Positions 8,367 to 18,884 of a stretch of 64,000 nt of DNA are shown here, piece by piece. Both the position numbers and the translations under genes were made by a program. The DNA comes from a virus, in IMG/VR virus record IMGVR_UViG_3300017963_000235, positions 1 to 64,000 of that record; one strand, written 5' to 3'. Position 1 is the first letter of the stretch. The number at the start of each line of letters is the position of its first letter. The notes under the pieces were generated by a model. The model made no database searches. It was given only the letters and a program-made list of their open reading frames with translations, and was not told where the DNA came from.

Positions 8367-9935
8367 GAGTTATGAGTAAGGATAAATGGTGGGCTATCAA
8401 AGAGGAGACCTTAATGGGGTTATATGCGCACAGTTGTGATAATTGCCTTGCCGGGTTTCGATGTCCGGGAAAGGTAAAACCTAAGTCCCGTAAATGTAAG
8501 CGACTAATCAGGAGAACTATTAAAGAGTATTTCTCCAGGTGTGAATGTTAAGGAGAGAGTTATGGATCGGTTGATAGAGATACTTATTGAGCTGGAGAAC
8601 TTTGATTCAGAACCAAAGATAGTTGCTGAGAGTGCCGGTTGTGCAAAAAGACTCCTACAGGCGGGGGACGTATCCGAGGCTAGAATAGTTCTTGGTAGTC
8701 TACTGATTGTACTTGGGGAGGTTCTTTACGAGGGTATAGATGCAGTGGCTTTGGAGCTCTCTGAACTTATGGCGGATCTGTGATGTCCTATATTACCAGA
8801 ACCTACCTAGCCAAAATAGAGAGGATGCTTCCCAAGATGGTCAAGTGGGGTTTACTGACTGAAGGGGAGCGCCGTAAGGTAGAGGCTAGGATACGGGATA
8901 AACGGGTCACGTCTGTTCCTCCTACGTCTGCTAGAGGGGATGCATTAAGGAGGCGTAGAAAGAAGGTTCTAGAGTGGGTTGTTGTACTTTTAAAGGCTAA
9001 GCCTAAGTGCTCCTTTCGACCTATGGATCTGTATGATTCTGGCCCTGAGGATTTCAAACAGATCTTTAAGAACAGGGGAGGGGCTAGTAGAGAGATTAGA
9101 TGGATACTGCGTAACATGCCTGATGAGAGAATTCTAATAGGCAGTGACGCTCACAAATTAACATGTAGAATAAATAGGAGATGGTTCGGTGGCTGAAAAG
9201 AAACACAGAGTAGGATACGGTGTGGTAACTAAAGAGGGACTCATGAAACAGCTCAGATGCGACAAGGAGCGTAGAGGATCCCTTACTGAAATCGGTGAGG
9301 CCCTGCATAGGCAGTTGGAGAAAGACCATACAAAAAGGTTAACGGAGGAGAGTAATGGGGATTAGGGATATTGTTACAGACAGAGAGTTAGATGCTCTAT
9401 GGGATGATACCCGTATTTCCAGGGTAGGAGGTCGGAGGGTGGTTCTTGCTCATAGTATCTTGAGGGTGTTAGGTGGTAAGACCTGTGGGGCTCATATTAC
9501 GTATGTGATGAGAGAGCTTAAGATGATTGGTAACACTGGACTGAGGAAACGTGGTAGAGAGTTTATCTATGAATTCTTTAAAGGGAAATAGACGTTGGTG
9601 GAGATCCACTATAAGGGGATTGAAAGATGAAGAATGGAAAGCTTAGTTTTATAGATTGGTTGTTAGGTCCTGGGGCGATGATACTGGGGGTGTCAGTCAT
9701 ATTCACGGCTATACTCTGCGCTATTGTGTTGCTGCCGCAGAAATATGTGGAATATAAGAGCCAAAAGAACAAGGAACAAGCGTGTGAGTGTTGGAGACAG
9801 GTTTTCACACTAGAGAAAAAGAATAAAATACTAAGAAAGCAATTAAAACTCCTGCACGATAATCTTGTGGATCCGTGCAATACTGATGATTGTCAATGCC
9901 TGCCTATCAAGAAAACATCCGCCAAAGAAATTTAG
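8363..9935 (+). other. cluster of small hypothetical genes (8363-8551, 8541-8783, 8780-9196, 9189-9365, 9355-9591, 9627-9935)
   Basis: Overlapping or abutting + strand ORFs; 9627-9935 has TM + coiled coil + Cys tail like 6903-7166. Confidence 0.55.
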
Positions 9936-9978
9936 TTTCCTTTTTTCTGTTGACAACCAAATAGCGAAGGGGTATAAA
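9936..9978 (+). promoter_or_regulatory. early-type promoter (TTGACA-17-TATAAA)
   Basis: TTGACA 9950-9955, TATAAA 9973-9978, followed by leader hairpin GGGCGT-TAGAG-ATGCCC. Confidence 0.75.
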
Positions 9979-10020
9979 AGAAACATAGGGCGTTAGAGAT
10001 GCCCGGAAAGAGAGCTCCTC

Positions 10021-10260
10021 ATGTTCAACATTCTCAAGTACAAACAGACCGATACACACAGCTACCTCAACCTGTCCTACTTCCATTGTAAAGAGGACGT
10101 GCTTAAAGCGGTTGAGAAGATCAAAAAGAGCGACCGTTTCTGTAATGTCGGAATGTGGAACGAGTGCGGTAACCTTGGGATCGCAATCATTGCTGAAGGT
10201 GATTTCTCCAAAGATGATATGGTTTCTATTGTTATCTGCTCACTTATTGAGTCTTTCTAA
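10021..10260 (+). CDS. hypothetical early protein
   Basis: First gene after a promoter; C-ending codon bias. Confidence 0.65.
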   Translation: MFNILKYKQTDTHSYLNLSYFHCKEDVLKAVEKIKKSDRFCNVGMWNECGNLGIAIIAEGDFSKDDMVSIVICSLIESF

Positions 10261-10271
10261 GGGAGGTTTTA

Positions 10272-10475
10272 ATGTCTACTTTTTCTTCTCAGTTATCGGT
10301 AATTTCTCGTAAGTCTCTTATTCAAAGGGAGGCGGATCGTTTGCTTCAGAATATCCGCGCTAAACGGGTTATTAAGGAGTCGCTTAAGCGGGTGGTGTTG
10401 CCTGGGCTTAGAGAAGAGTTGTTGGATATATTGTCAGATCTTGATGCGGAATCTGAAAAGATTCGTGGTTATTAA
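10272..10475 (+). CDS. hypothetical protein
   Basis: SD GGGAGG. Confidence 0.6.
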   Translation: MSTFSSQLSVISRKSLIQREADRLLQNIRAKRVIKESLKRVVLPGLREELLDILSDLDAESEKIRGY

Positions 10476-10487
10476 AAGGAGTGAAAG

Positions 10488-10673
10488 ATGAATTTATTTA
10501 TTTGTACTGGAGAAGGCTGGCTGAGCGGAATAGGATGTGTGACGCATGATTATTATGTCCAGCATATGATTAACAAAATTGTCAACAAAGGGTTTTCAAT
10601 TCACTCTGTAGAGAAAACCAAGAGCAAAATTCCATTTTTTAGAGAAGCAGAAACCCGCATTTGGTACCATTAA
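10488..10673 (+). CDS. hypothetical protein
   Basis: SD AAGGAG. Confidence 0.6.
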   Translation: MNLFICTGEGWLSGIGCVTHDYYVQHMINKIVNKGFSIHSVEKTKSKIPFFREAETRIWYH

Positions 10674-10685
10674 GGAGCAAACAAA

Positions 10686-11309
10686 ATGACCCCCGATAGA
10701 ATCAACGAATTAATCCCGATAGTGCATGAGGCTGCGAAGGATAAGTGGGGCTGGTGGGATGGGGCACCTAAAGTACATCCAATGAAGGCGATGCTAGACG
10801 GCCTCGATTACGACGCTGCCTGTGATGCCTACTCCGCCGGACTCCTCGACCTCATCACCGAGGCGATAGTTGACGCGATGAGAGCACGGAGGGAGGGGAA
10901 GAGGGGGGCGTTAGCCCTCTTCCTGAAAAAAAATAAATGGCTTGACGGACACTTAGTCAGGTACACGCCATCGCATGAACAGAAATATGATAGTTTTATC
11001 CTCAACACCCACGAAGACCACCTCGCCCTTGCTCTCCTTCGCGTGCTGGATTTGATGGGGTTTTATGGGGTGGAGTATGATGAGTATAACTCTGTTGCGG
11101 TAACAGGGGATTTGCCTGTGCCTCAGTTAAGGCGAATCATGGCTGCCAATCTTCATGATGCCGCATACAGAACACATACCGGGATTCCATGCAATAGCGC
11201 AGAGGATTTGGGCGGGAAAATAATGCACATCCTCCGCATAGCCGAACTCGACAACATAGATATCGAGTGGTACTTGGAGGCGAGAATGAGATATCAGGAG
11301 GTGAAGTGA
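10686..11309 (+). CDS. MazG-like (all-alpha NTP pyrophosphohydrolase superfamily) protein, degenerate active site
   Basis: INEL...VHEAAKDKWGWW, LLDLITEAIVDAMRARREG, EDHLALALLRVLDL, IDIEWYLEARMRY track the phage MazG-like pattern. Confidence 0.5.
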   Translation: MTPDRINELIPIVHEAAKDKWGWWDGAPKVHPMKAMLDGLDYDAACDAYSAGLLDLITEAIVDAMRARREGKRGALALFLKKNKWLDGHLVRYTPSHEQKYDSFILNTHEDHLALALLRVLDLMGFYGVEYDEYNSVAVTGDLPVPQLRRIMAANLHDAAYRTHTGIPCNSAEDLGGKIMHILRIAELDNIDIEWYLEARMRYQEVK

Positions 11310-11578
11310 TGGCTAAGAAAAAGCAAGAGAGGGATTATTTCAAGAGAATATGTGAGCACTGTAGTGGATCTTTTTATCTCTATGAGGGTGATAGCATGGA
11401 GCCTTATTGTGAGATTTGTAGGGAGATGAGTGATTCAGAGAGAGAAACCGCCGCTATACTTGAGCGGCTGGAGGAGGCTATTAAAAAATGGGAATACAAC
11501 AATAAGGAGGTGCCAGACTATCAGCCATTTATTTCAAGGCTGAAGGAACTCCACTACATCAAAACGGGCTCTGCATGA
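11309..11578 (+). CDS. small zinc-finger protein
   Basis: CEHC...CEIC; SD GGAGGT. Confidence 0.55.
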   Translation: MAKKKQERDYFKRICEHCSGSFYLYEGDSMEPYCEICREMSDSERETAAILERLEEAIKKWEYNNKEVPDYQPFISRLKELHYIKTGSA

Positions 11579-11600
11579 TTACCAAGAAAGGGTTTGGAAG

Positions 11601-11879
11601 ATGAAAATTTGGAAGATAAGAAATAAAAAGACGGGTGAGTTTTCTACAGGGAGCTTCTACCCCGAATGGCACAAAGGGGGTAAATTTTGGACACAACTAA
11701 AATTTATCAAGTCTCATCTAACCCAATGGAAAACGCATTGGGAAAGGCAGAGTTATATTTGGGGTAGGAATGATTCCACGGTTAAATCTTCAAAGGCCTT
11801 CTACGATAATGCTGAGATTGTCGAGTACACCCTGGCCGAGACGGATACTACACCTGTGGCTACCCTGATTAAAAAATAA
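11601..11879 (+). CDS. hypothetical phage protein
   Basis: WKIRNKKTGEFSTG...GKFW pattern typical of small phage proteins. Confidence 0.6.
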   Translation: MKIWKIRNKKTGEFSTGSFYPEWHKGGKFWTQLKFIKSHLTQWKTHWERQSYIWGRNDSTVKSSKAFYDNAEIVEYTLAETDTTPVATLIKK

Positions 11880-11920
11880 TTAATTTCTTTCTTGCAACTG
11901 ACAACCAAATAGGGTACTAA
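11880..11920 (+). promoter_or_regulatory. early-type promoter (TTGCAA-17-TACTAA)
   Basis: TTGCAA 11892-11897, TACTAA 11915-11920, same AATTAATTTCT upstream tract. Confidence 0.6.
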
Positions 11921-11940
11921 TAAATCAGGAGGTAAGAAAC

Positions 11941-12174
11941 GTGCATAAACCATATTTAACTATAGACAGCACGGAGCACAGTTACGAAGACACTCAAGAG
12001 GAAGCTCTTACGACAGCGGAGCATTATAAGAACACCTGGATGGAGGATGTAGATCATAAGGTGTGGTTACCTGTCAATGTAGAGATGGGAGTGAAGAGTG
12101 TAGCTGTGTACAAGCGTGTTGGATTTTACACATGGGATGAAGACGGTAACCCGGAATACATCTCGGAGGAATAG
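11941..12174 (+). CDS. small acidic hypothetical protein
   Basis: SD AGGAGGT, GTG start. Confidence 0.6.
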   Translation: MHKPYLTIDSTEHSYEDTQEEALTTAEHYKNTWMEDVDHKVWLPVNVEMGVKSVAVYKRVGFYTWDEDGNPEYISEE

Positions 12175-12202
12175 GTAATGACAAGAAAGTGGGCGATTAA
12201 CC

Positions 12203-12439
12203 ATGGCTAATAAAAGACCTTTACCCCCTATGCCCAAGGTACATTACGGGACCTACAAGCATTATAAAGGGGATCTCTATATGTTTGTGATGCTGGTTTT
12301 TAATGCGGAGATAGATGAATGGGCCGTACTCTACAAGCCTGTTGGGGAGCATGATAAGGTGTTTGTGAGGACAGTAACCAATTTCCAAGAGGAAGTTAAG
12401 CCGGGGGTTCCTCGGTTTGATTGGTTGGGGCTAGTATGA
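12203..12439 (+). CDS. DUF1653 family protein
   Basis: GTYKHYKGDLY...VLYKP...VFVR...F.EEV...PRF signature. Confidence 0.85.
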   Translation: MANKRPLPPMPKVHYGTYKHYKGDLYMFVMLVFNAEIDEWAVLYKPVGEHDKVFVRTVTNFQEEVKPGVPRFDWLGLV

Positions 12440-14578
12440 CTAGAATCAAGTATTTCAAAAAGACAAGTCAGAAAACACAGGAGGCTATGGATATTGCTTC
12501 TAGATTGGCTGTGCCTAGTATCGACGTGCTAACTATTCCAGGTCATATCCCAAAGGCGGGGATTAAACGCTTGGGATCCTACTGGAGAGATTTGAAGCTA
12601 TCATTAGGTGAGGATGACCCGGTAGAGGAGAAGGTGTGGTTATTTCATATTTGGGATATCGCAGGTGTGTATCTTGGAATAGTGGAGTTAGAGGTGTGTA
12701 TGACCCCCTTGTTTAGAGCTACTTTTGTGAAGCCCGAAAAAAGATCTGTTGTGTGGGAGGATCTGGAAGAGTTTGTGGTGGGGTTTGCGTGGGCTTCTAT
12801 GAGAGGGGCAGGAGTGGAAACAGTAACCTTCCATGGGGTGAGTAAGGTTTCTGAAGCGTATTCTATTGGGGCGGATCGTTGTTTTGAATTTGTGACACGG
12901 GCAAGTAGTGGTGAGGGTCCGTTTGATAGACTTAAGCGTAAGGGTGTTGTTAGCTGTTCGATTATGGATCCTAATAAAGTAATTGCGGGTAACCCGTTAG
13001 CTATACGCCATTATGATCAGGTCAAATTAACAGGATACGAATACACGCATCCTGAGGATCCTGATAGGGCAGATGAAGTTCTGTGTAGGGTCCTGATTAG
13101 AGGATCGGAGGGATGGGAATGATTAATCCTTGGATTGACGAGATACATTATCAATGCTCTGTGCAGTTGGCCGATAAGCCGGAGACAGTGGCCAACTTGA
13201 TTAAAGGGTTACAGTATCAGATAGAACCTTCGGTGCTACTTCTTCGGGAGTTGGCAAATCGTATGCGGCTGAACCTGGAGGATCAGAAACGTAGATCTCC
13301 CATTATTCAGTTAGGGGAATGGATTGACACCCACCCCACAACTAAGGCCCATGTCACCCGTCCTGAAGGTTGGATCCCGAGACGGCTTAGAGTAGACAAG
13401 CATGGTAAAGGGGATCCCAAGAAACGGGCTGTTAAGAAGACCAGAAAGAAGCGTAGGGGGTGGTGATGCGGGTAGCGTTTGATAAACTTCCAGAGACCTT
13501 AGATGAGGGGTTTAGTGTCCTCGATTCAGAGCATAATAAGGTCGGTTCTATTGAGATCCGTAAAGGAGCTATAGTGGGGTTTCACGGTGATAAGTCCTTA
13601 GTGTTTTGGAGCCCCTTTAGCGCTGTCTCTAAGATGTCATTGCTATTTGAGGCGGAAAACACTATACACCTACAGCAGAAACTACAAGGAAAGGTTGTAA
13701 CCAATGGCGATTAAGAAACGTAAATGTGCATACTGCGGTAGGGAAGTGGCGGTAGAGAACGCACACTATCATAAAGGTACTTGGGCTCATCCTGGGTGCG
13801 TAGGGCTTAAGGCGCAGTTATTGACGGGCGTAGGGATTGTGTCTGAGGATGGGGTGTTACATTCCTTGGAGAAGCCTGCAAGGCATTTTGATGTGATTCG
13901 GAATATGAGGGATGCCGGATACCCGACACCCATACGAGGTGATCAGGGATTCATTTTGGGGGATGGTTCATGGGTTGGGCGTAGAGCTGCTTTTATTTTA
14001 GCAGAGAGGACAGCCCAATTAAACGGAGCTAGAAACACCCATTCTAGATGGTTGTTCAGTGAGGGGGTGTGGTGATGACGTTACGGGAGGTGACTTTGAA
14101 TGTGATTTTTGGCCGAGGTGGCGAGGCGTTTTGGTTAGGGGATGTGGATTTGATGACAGAAATACTGGAGAAGTATCATGGGCGAGACTACTATACCCGT
14201 CCGATATGTTCTGATTCCTTGTTTAAGGATGAAGTTAGAGTTTTGATTGAGTGGATAGACGCATGGTTAAGGAATGACTCTAACTATGTATTGGATGGGA
14301 CTAAGCTTGGTTCTACCTTTTTTAAAGGTATGTATTTCCCTATTTACCGTTTTATTGGCGGTTCTGTGTTTAGAACATGTGCGGATGGTAGGTGGTAAAT
14401 GTGTCCTAAAAAAGTAGCTACGGCATTTCTAAACCTAGGCTTAGGGTTGGTTATGGTTGCGTTTGTACTGTGGGGAGTGTCTTTAGAGAGCTCTTACCAT
14501 ACCAAAGCAGTCTTAAGGACGTGGTGTTTTGTGGTTCTTTTCATTGGTGGCGGGTGTGTAGGGCTTTATTTTCAGTAA
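12436..14578 (+). other. cluster of hypothetical genes (12436-13122, 13119-13466, 13466-13714, 13704-14075, 14075-14398, 14399-14578)
   Basis: Translationally coupled ORFs; 13704-14075 has RH..I..QGF..G.WVGR..A..LFSE, a pattern of a widespread phage family; 14399-14578 is a 59-aa 2-TM protein absent from the track. Confidence 0.6.
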
Positions 14579-14630
14579 GATTTTATGTGATAAAACATAG
14601 TGTTACAGGGGTTTTGAAATTTAATTGAAA

Positions 14631-14704
14631 AATTATCTCTTTTTCTGTTGACAACAATTATCCAGTGCTCTATAACTATAAGTGTGAGGCGATTGAGTCT
14701 TACA
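14631..14704 (+). promoter_or_regulatory. early-type promoter (TTGACA-17-TATAAC) plus 5' leader hairpin
   Basis: TTGACA 14648-14653, TATAAC 14671-14676; TGTGAGGC-GATTGA-GTCTTACA hairpin; 24 nt identical to 21685-21708. Confidence 0.8.
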
Positions 14705-14720
14705 AAACCTGGAGGTCATC

Positions 14721-15377
14721 ATGAAAGCTCTTACTCCCGCAACCGCTAAAGCCCACGCTAAAAAAGTAGCCGACATTAAAGTTAGACTTCTCGCTCTCAA
14801 GGTTGAGCGTAAAGAAGACGAGATCAAGACAAACAGAATCTGCGAGGCTATTAAAGAGGTTACTGCGGAAATCGAAGAGAATGGTGATGAGGATGGGATC
14901 CTTTCTAATACCAGAGAGCAGCTCAAGTGGGCTTACATTAAATTCGCTAACAACATGCGTAGAGACCACGAGATTGAGGATCTTGAGAAGCAGTACGAAG
15001 AAGAGCGTGGAGAGCTTCACGTATACTACAACGGCTTCAAAATCAAGAGAGATGGCAAATTCTCCAAACTTATGAAAGGTTCCTGGAACCACGGCGAGAA
15101 CATTCACGGCGAAGACCGGATAACCTTCTACGCTGATTCCTACGGTTGGTATGGTCCTCTTGTGGGTCTCTTCTTCGACACCTGCGCTAATAACTCTGAT
15201 AGCATGACCGACTACTATGAGCGCACCCGGTACGAGCTCCACACTACAAGCGAGAACTGGAACACAGCACTTAAGATAGTTGCTCGCGAAGAAGAGAAGA
15301 CAGCGGCTAGAATCGCTAAAAGAAAAGCCCGCAACGAAGCTAAGCGTAAAGCGTGGGTAGCTTCCAGAGCGGCTTAA
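14721..15377 (+). CDS. hypothetical early protein
   Basis: SD GGAGGT; strong C-ending codon bias. Confidence 0.75.
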   Translation: MKALTPATAKAHAKKVADIKVRLLALKVERKEDEIKTNRICEAIKEVTAEIEENGDEDGILSNTREQLKWAYIKFANNMRRDHEIEDLEKQYEEERGELHVYYNGFKIKRDGKFSKLMKGSWNHGENIHGEDRITFYADSYGWYGPLVGLFFDTCANNSDSMTDYYERTRYELHTTSENWNTALKIVAREEEKTAARIAKRKARNEAKRKAWVASRAA

Positions 15378-15522
15378 GAGATTAACGACTCGGGCGATCT
15401 GCAATACAGAAGATTTGCCCAAACCCTCTAGAGGTCGTCCGAGTCTACTTTTATAAATGGATTAACTCTTTAACCTTGGAGGTGCATGATGAAAGGAATC
15501 TAATAGTTGAGAGTTCCAGGTT

Positions 15523-15549
15523 ACCCCGCTTTTTAGCGGGGTTTTATTT
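15523..15549 (+). terminator. intrinsic terminator
   Basis: ACCCCGCT-TTTT-AGCGGGGT followed by TTTATTT. Confidence 0.75.
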
Positions 15550-15575
15550 ATGCTTAAACAGAAGAGAGAAATAGA

Positions 15576-15905
15576 ATGAGCGAGAATGATAAGTTTAATG
15601 AGACTCCTATATCAGAGTTAAGACAACAGTTTATGCGAAAAACTAAGGCGGATTTGGTAGAGACTGTGATTCGTGCAACGGGAGATAAGATCAATACGAG
15701 AATGTTACTGGAGAAAGAACAACAAGAGAGCAGTAAGCTCAATATGCGGAGGGCTTCTTTGGAGATGGATCTTCAAGGGGCTAGAAACGAAATAAGCGGA
15801 CTCAGGAAAACTATCGAGATTAGAGACAGGCATGTGAAGGTGCTGCAAGGAAGAGTAGCCGCGTATAGTGAGGTTTTAGCTTCTGAGATGATCAAACCTA
15901 AATAG
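15576..15905 (+). CDS. coiled-coil protein, paralog of 4021-4320
   Basis: RKTKADL motif and heptad pattern. Confidence 0.65.
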   Translation: MSENDKFNETPISELRQQFMRKTKADLVETVIRATGDKINTRMLLEKEQQESSKLNMRRASLEMDLQGARNEISGLRKTIEIRDRHVKVLQGRVAAYSEVLASEMIKPK

Positions 15906-15919
15906 GAGGAGGAGGGGTA

Positions 15920-16906
15920 ATGTTAAAGCTATCGACAATATTCAATAAGAAGGAGCAGATCTTTGTCTGTGACAATTTCATATCCCAAGAGATAGAGGAT
16001 CTAGGGACAGTCTATCAGACTCTTGGAGATGTTTCTTCAGCGGAGCATGAGGGGTTTATGGTGGATTTTAAGACGCTAGATCGGATGCTTAAGCTTAGTA
16101 AAGCCGATACAGTAGAGATGACAGAGAGCGGTGTAGCATTGCCAGGAGGGTATAGTATTCCGGGATTCGGGATTAAAACTAGACGCTTTTACCTCCCCTT
16201 TGGGGTCTCATCAAATGTTCAGTTTGATAAGTCTCAAGTGTCTCTTATTCAGGGATATAGTGTCCCACATAAGAAAGAGAATAAACTCCATTTGGAAGGG
16301 GTGTACCTATCTAGTGAGGGCGGTACATGCTCTGCGGTATCCACTAACGGACATATGATGTTGGTGCATGATCTCTTGGAGCAGGGGTTAGAGAAATCCT
16401 TTTTGATTCCTGTGTCTATTTTGCGCAAGGGGAAAGGCACTCTGAGTGGGGGTTTTGGTTTGGGGTTTACGGGGAAGTTTGTGTGCCTATTTACCGATAA
16501 TGTGATTATCTCTTTTGTTGATGAGGGGCGCATGTATCCGCCTTACAAAGAAGTATTTCCAAAGGATGAAGAGGTGGAGTTTACAGGGTTATCCCGTGTT
16601 GTAGATGTGGTGTCGGCTCTGTCTGAAGGGATTTTGTATTTCGAGGGATCTAAATGGTCCTGGAAGGACTCTGAAACAAACCAGAACTTAGCTAATATGG
16701 AAGAGGAACCTGTAGCGTTTCCCCGCGAGACGATCTGTAATGTTGAATATCTCAAGAAGTGTTTGAGCTATTATGGCCCAGAAGAGACGGTATATTGTAG
16801 AAGTAAGCGCCGTTCTAATGAGAAGAATTGGACTACTACGCTTATGTTCAGAGGCGATAAAACCACAGCTTTAATGATATGCTTAAAGCCGATTATGGAG
16901 GGTTGA
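15920..16906 (+). CDS. DNA polymerase III beta-clamp-like protein (divergent)
   Basis: LEGVYL, AVSTNGHMM, FLIP, YPPYKEVFP, NVEYLKKCL and terminal CLKPI match DnaN motifs; 328 aa. Confidence 0.7.
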   Translation: MLKLSTIFNKKEQIFVCDNFISQEIEDLGTVYQTLGDVSSAEHEGFMVDFKTLDRMLKLSKADTVEMTESGVALPGGYSIPGFGIKTRRFYLPFGVSSNVQFDKSQVSLIQGYSVPHKKENKLHLEGVYLSSEGGTCSAVSTNGHMMLVHDLLEQGLEKSFLIPVSILRKGKGTLSGGFGLGFTGKFVCLFTDNVIISFVDEGRMYPPYKEVFPKDEEVEFTGLSRVVDVVSALSEGILYFEGSKWSWKDSETNQNLANMEEEPVAFPRETICNVEYLKKCLSYYGPEETVYCRSKRRSNEKNWTTTLMFRGDKTTALMICLKPIMEG

Positions 16907-16909
16907 TGG

Positions 16910-17293
16910 ATGTTTGTATTTGTAAGTTCTCCCTATGGGGCTAAGACTAAACACGAGAGATCTCTTAACGCTCGTGTAGCCGTTAGAATGTGTAAATGGA
17001 TTACGGATAATCGACCGGGGGAGATTCCGATAGCGCCCCACGTAATCTGTAGTCAGTGGTGGAACGATGAGTATGATCGGGATAAGGCAATAGCATGGTG
17101 TAGGTCTATTCTTCCTAGGTGTGGGAAACTCTACCAACTGAATGTACCTCTTACTACAGGAATGAAAGCGGAAGATATCCAGGCTAGGGATCTGGATGTT
17201 GAGATTGAAATCTTTGACCTTGAAAATTTACCTTACTTAGATTCTGATCTAATCCTCGTTCCGTTTGAGATACAGAAAGCGACAGCGTTTTGA
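16910..17293 (+). CDS. nucleoside 2-deoxyribosyltransferase-like (DUF4406-type) protein
   Basis: VFVSSPY...PIAPH...LPRC...TTGMKAE. Confidence 0.65.
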   Translation: MFVFVSSPYGAKTKHERSLNARVAVRMCKWITDNRPGEIPIAPHVICSQWWNDEYDRDKAIAWCRSILPRCGKLYQLNVPLTTGMKAEDIQARDLDVEIEIFDLENLPYLDSDLILVPFEIQKATAF

Positions 17294-17859
17294 AAAAGTA
17301 TAATATTTTGTATTGCGATCCTAACTGGAGCTACGACAATTCTGTCAGTAATGGGGCGGCTGTTAATCACTATCCAGTGCTGAAAACCGAGGAGTTAAAG
17401 AAGCTCCCTATTCAGGTGTTGTGTGCTGATATCTGCTATCTGTTTCTTTGGGCTACCCCTCCTATGTTGCCTGAGGCCTTGGAAACAATGAAAGCTTGGG
17501 GCTTCGAATATAAGACCAATGCATTTACTTGGATCAAGCTCAACAAAGATGGAACAGTGTTCAAGGGCACAGGCAACTATACACGGGCGAATACGGAGCT
17601 TTGTTTGTTAGGCAGGCGAGGACCAAGGACCCTTCCAAGAAATAGCAAATCAGTAGCCTCTGTAGTGATTGAGGAGCGCGGTAAGCACTCTGCTAAACCT
17701 AAAGAGGTAGCGGAGAGGATCGTGGATATGCTGGGAGACGTTCCCAGGATAGAGCTCTTTGCCCGAGATAAGAAGCCTGGATGGGATGCTACAGGGTTAG
17801 AATTAGACGGGAGGGATATACGCGATGTGTTAGCCGTTGGAGGGTTAGAGGATGCGTAA
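17290..17859 (+). CDS. MT-A70 family adenine methyltransferase
   Basis: ILYCDPNW, LFLWAT, WGFEYKT, YTRANTELCL, HSAKP, RIELFAR. Confidence 0.9.
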   Translation: MKKYNILYCDPNWSYDNSVSNGAAVNHYPVLKTEELKKLPIQVLCADICYLFLWATPPMLPEALETMKAWGFEYKTNAFTWIKLNKDGTVFKGTGNYTRANTELCLLGRRGPRTLPRNSKSVASVVIEERGKHSAKPKEVAERIVDMLGDVPRIELFARDKKPGWDATGLELDGRDIRDVLAVGGLEDA

Positions 17860-18883
17860 GGGGCCTCTGGATGCTAGAGCGGTTTTTGTGCAATCTGTAC
17901 GTGAGATAGAAAGCGGCCTTAGAGCGTGTAGGTTTGGGGTCCTAAGGAACAGAAAGATCCGCTTGTTAGTGGTCAAACTAGGAGGGGTTAACTCCACTAT
18001 AGATTACTTGCAGGCGGTACAGAATGCAGGTATGTATTCTCCTATGTGGGAGTTAGTAGAGAGATACTGTAGACGCAAAATTAAGGAGTGGAATTGATGT
18101 CAAGCTACACATTCGGTAATTACGGCGGGTGTACTAGAAGTGCGCATAGGTACTCTCAACGGTCCCTTTATTTGAGAAGACAGGCAAATATACGCGCAAT
18201 GAGATTACGGGAATTCCTCCGGATAAAATACACATTTGGGGTTTACGTCCAAACCCTCTGGGAGTATCTGTGGTGTGAAGTGTTTGTTTCGATTTTCGAG
18301 GTGTTATTGTTGGTTAAGATAATTTTCACAGAATCAGGTAAAAGAATGGAACAAGAAGTTTTAGATCTTGAAACTGATGAGGAGTTAGAAGATGAAGACA
18401 GAGAAGTTATTTGAGAATGGCGAATGTTGTTTGTTAATTACTAAAGACTTACAGAACTGTATGGAGTATGGGGGAGGAGTGGGTTTGTACGATGAGGGGC
18501 CTGATGGGTGGTCTCCAGAGACGCACTATGCTGTGAATCCCGAAGGTGTCGTGTTTGATATTGAGACTGGGGATGAGATAAGCAAACCCGGCTTATTCAG
18601 TAAGAATTATTTACGACTTGGTTTAGATAAGGCCTTGGGGATGTATATTTGTAAATTGGAATTAAGCGGTGTTGATGACCAGACTATTGGTGTGGCTGAT
18701 TGCCGGATACCCATCCATACTCTAGATGAATTTGGTGTATTAAAGGGGTTGGAGATCATGCTACAGAGTTTACGTTTAGATTCTTGGATTGGGGTGCAGA
18801 ATAAGATTTTTGCGGGACCTAATGAAGTCTGTGTTTATTCCTTAGATATACATACTTCTGAGGGGGAGATCACCTTTAGTTGA
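17852..18883 (+). other. three hypothetical genes (17852-18097, 18097-18414, 18392-18883)
   Basis: Overlapping ORFs in the operon. Confidence 0.55.
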
Positions 18884-18884
18884 G

